From Desulfobulbus sp. (lineage in GTDB: Bacteria > Desulfobacterota > Desulfobulbia > Desulfobulbales > Desulfobulbaceae), in assembly GCA_003604995.1 (NCBI GenBank), contig QZJD01000054.1:9692-73691 (forward strand): a stretch of DNA of 64,000 bases, written 5' to 3'. The notes beneath the pieces were generated by a model. It worked only from the letters and a program-made list of their open reading frames with translations. It searched no databases and was not told the origin of the DNA. Within the stretch, counting starts at the first letter, position 1. Every line of letters starts with the position of its first letter. The position numbers were made by a program, and so were the translations under genes. Of this stretch, positions 62,501 through 64,000 are shown in pieces.

Positions 62501-63206
62501 CTCCTGGCTGGCCGATCATTCCGGCCGGTCCCGGCATCACCCCCCCCTCCCGCCCTGCCACCTTCTATTCCTGCTTCGCCGCCGGTATTGCGGAGGCGCC
62601 GGCAAGAACGTGCGCTCCTTTACCTCTCGCATAACGGTCGTTTGATTTTATTTATTCATTACAAGATGATATGGGGTGGCGCCGTCGTGGCGGGGCGGTG
62701 TTAATGAGAATGACAAAAAGGAATTATATCATTTTTCAAAATCCCCTGTCAAAGAGAGGGGACAATATCGCCTTAAGCGCAAGGACAAAATTGGCTGTTT
62801 TTGCTGAAGAAGAGCAACCTTCGGCTTTGGAACAGGTTATCGGGGTTGTGCCGGATCAGGCTCATGCCAAGTACATCCCTGAGCTAATCAGCCGGATTTC
62901 AGAAAAAAGATTGTTGCAGGGGAGGAAGAGGGGGAGGGGTGGTTCCGGGTTTTGGATAAAATTATTTTGAGGGGTGCGGCTGAGGAATTTCCAGCAATCG
63001 TCAGTGGACGGGGGAAGGGAGATCGGGCCGAACCTGATTCGGGAGGAAAAAGGGATTGCAATTTCGTATCGACAAAGTACAATGAATGAAGCTTCATTTT
63101 TTTCAAAATTTCTCAGTAACCAATGGTAACTGAGAAGATATTTTGATACAAATAATGAGGGGGGAGGAAGTAGACGGCACTTAACAGTAAAAGGAAAGGA
63201 GGAATT

Positions 63207-64000
63207 ATGCGAAAAATTTGGAGGTATGGTTTGCCGTTGCTTGCCACAACGGCACTGTGGACCACAACGGCATACTGCGAAGGCGGGCCGAAGCCGCCGG
63301 AGCAGCCAAAGGCGAAGACCATCAAGGAACTGGTCGACCGCTACGATTCAAGCAGCTGCCTTGAGTGTCACGAGGAAGCGCACGATCAATGGGCTAACTC
63401 GCTGCACTCTCGTTCGATCCTCGGTACGGGAAGAACGGCGCCGACCTTTATCACCGCCCTGGAGGTTGGAATCAAGAACTTCCCCTATTCCGGGGTGAAG
63501 GAGGACAAGGATATCACTGTTGAGCATCTGAAGATTTGCACCAAGTGTCATCTTCCCCAGCTTGATGAGGCCACGGACGATGTGGCCCGTGAGATCATTG
63601 CCACGATCAAGGGCTGGCAGAAGGCGATGAAGGCCGAGAACGATGCGGAGGTTGAGAAGCTGGAGGCCACCATCGCCAGTCTGAATATCAACTGCCGGGT
63701 CTGTCATAACAAGATGGCCATCATCCATAAGTGGTCCGACGGCTATCCGCAGCCGGATACCGTGTACGGCTCCCAGGACGGCGCCCACGAAGATCCGGAT
63801 TTCCCGAAAATGGCGGTTGCGCCGGCCCTCGGCGAATCGATCTTCTGCGGTCAGTGCCATGGTTCCGGACCGAACTTTGAACTTGCCCATCCTTCCCAGT
63901 GCGCCACCCTGTACGGCAGCTATCTCTTTGCCTATACGGCGGAAGGCGGCAGCGAGAGCTGTCAGGAATGCCACATGGTCAAGTCCGGCCTGGGCCACGA
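63207..64000 (+). CDS. multihaem c-type cytochrome, 3'-truncated by the window edge
   Basis: Not in the ORF track (no stop in window). ATG 63207 is preceded by AAGGAAAGGAGG. Signal peptide MRKIWRYGLPLLATTALWTTTA. Five CXXCH motifs in 264 codons (CLECH, CTKCH, CRVCH, CGQCH, CQECH). No in-frame stops. Confidence 0.85.
   Translation, partial: MRKIWRYGLPLLATTALWTTTAYCEGGPKPPEQPKAKTIKELVDRYDSSSCLECHEEAHDQWANSLHSRSILGTGRTAPTFITALEVGIKNFPYSGVKEDKDITVEHLKICTKCHLPQLDEATDDVAREIIATIKGWQKAMKAENDAEVEKLEATIASLNINCRVCHNKMAIIHKWSDGYPQPDTVYGSQDGAHEDPDFPKMAVAPALGESIFCGQCHGSGPNFELAHPSQCATLYGSYLFAYTAEGGSESCQECHMVKSGLGH

Noticed and set aside
62671-62970. 99-aa ORF (MGWRRRGGAVLMRMTKRNYIIFQNPLSK...) in the AT-richer spacer before the cytochrome gene.
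   Set aside because: It has no recognisable family, a weak ribosome-binding site, and a low-complexity Gly/Arg C-terminal part that coincides with the G-tract. I cannot support it as a gene.

Overview
GC-rich chromosomal segment (about 60-65% GC by eye) that resembles an anaerobic Desulfobacterota (Desulfobulbales-like) genome. This placement is inferred from gene content only: NtrC/sigma-54 regulators, a multihaem cytochrome, Tat-exported Mo enzymes and sulfur-trafficking proteins. I recognised no rRNA, tRNA, CRISPR array, transposase or integrase. Many long ORFs in the track are antisense artefacts of the high GC.

Blocks:
1. 1-2713: sigma-54-driven operon for orphan secreted proteins.
2. 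2813-6400: lower-GC PstS-like binding protein + MCP cassette, bracketed by an 86-bp direct repeat derived from the 3' end of a MOSC gene.
3. 6287-23385: one long minus-strand molybdenum block. Order of transcription is tandem PhnD-like periplasmic sensor, HK, NtrC regulator, sigma-54 promoter, Tat-exported DMSO-reductase-family enzyme (ArrA/ArxA-like by motif), FeS subunit, TorD chaperone, poly-ferredoxin, tatA (unlisted, non-ATG start), Moco-riboswitch-like leader, then moaA-modABC-moaC/mog-moeA-MOSC.
4. 23650-28783: YeeE + TusA-like sulfur uptake, a PAS-HK/NtrC pair, and a sigma-54-dependent periplasmic rhodanese.
5. 28972-31727: M24 peptidase and PFK.
6. 31992-36771: ABC/FtsX, LolA-like and OMP cluster carrying a secreted NifX-like protein and two palindromic repeat elements.
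7. 37063-39838: CcdA, thioredoxin, rhodanese and CDF.
8. 39969-45410: non-canonical operon headed by an ArsR with the ELCVCEL motif. It holds two ArsP-like permeases, thioredoxin-like proteins, DUF2703, a TrmO-like protein and a USP.
9. 45473-46872: SLOG ('Mo-carrier') protein and a ZnuA-like protein.
10. 46985-62500: divergent ~15-kb type II FAS/PKS cluster of aryl-polyene-like architecture with three radical-SAM enzymes and no KR or TE. This is my top candidate for an undescribed system.
11. 63207 to the window end: multihaem cytochrome c, not in the ORF track.

All functional calls rest on motif and family recognition by eye. No searches were run.
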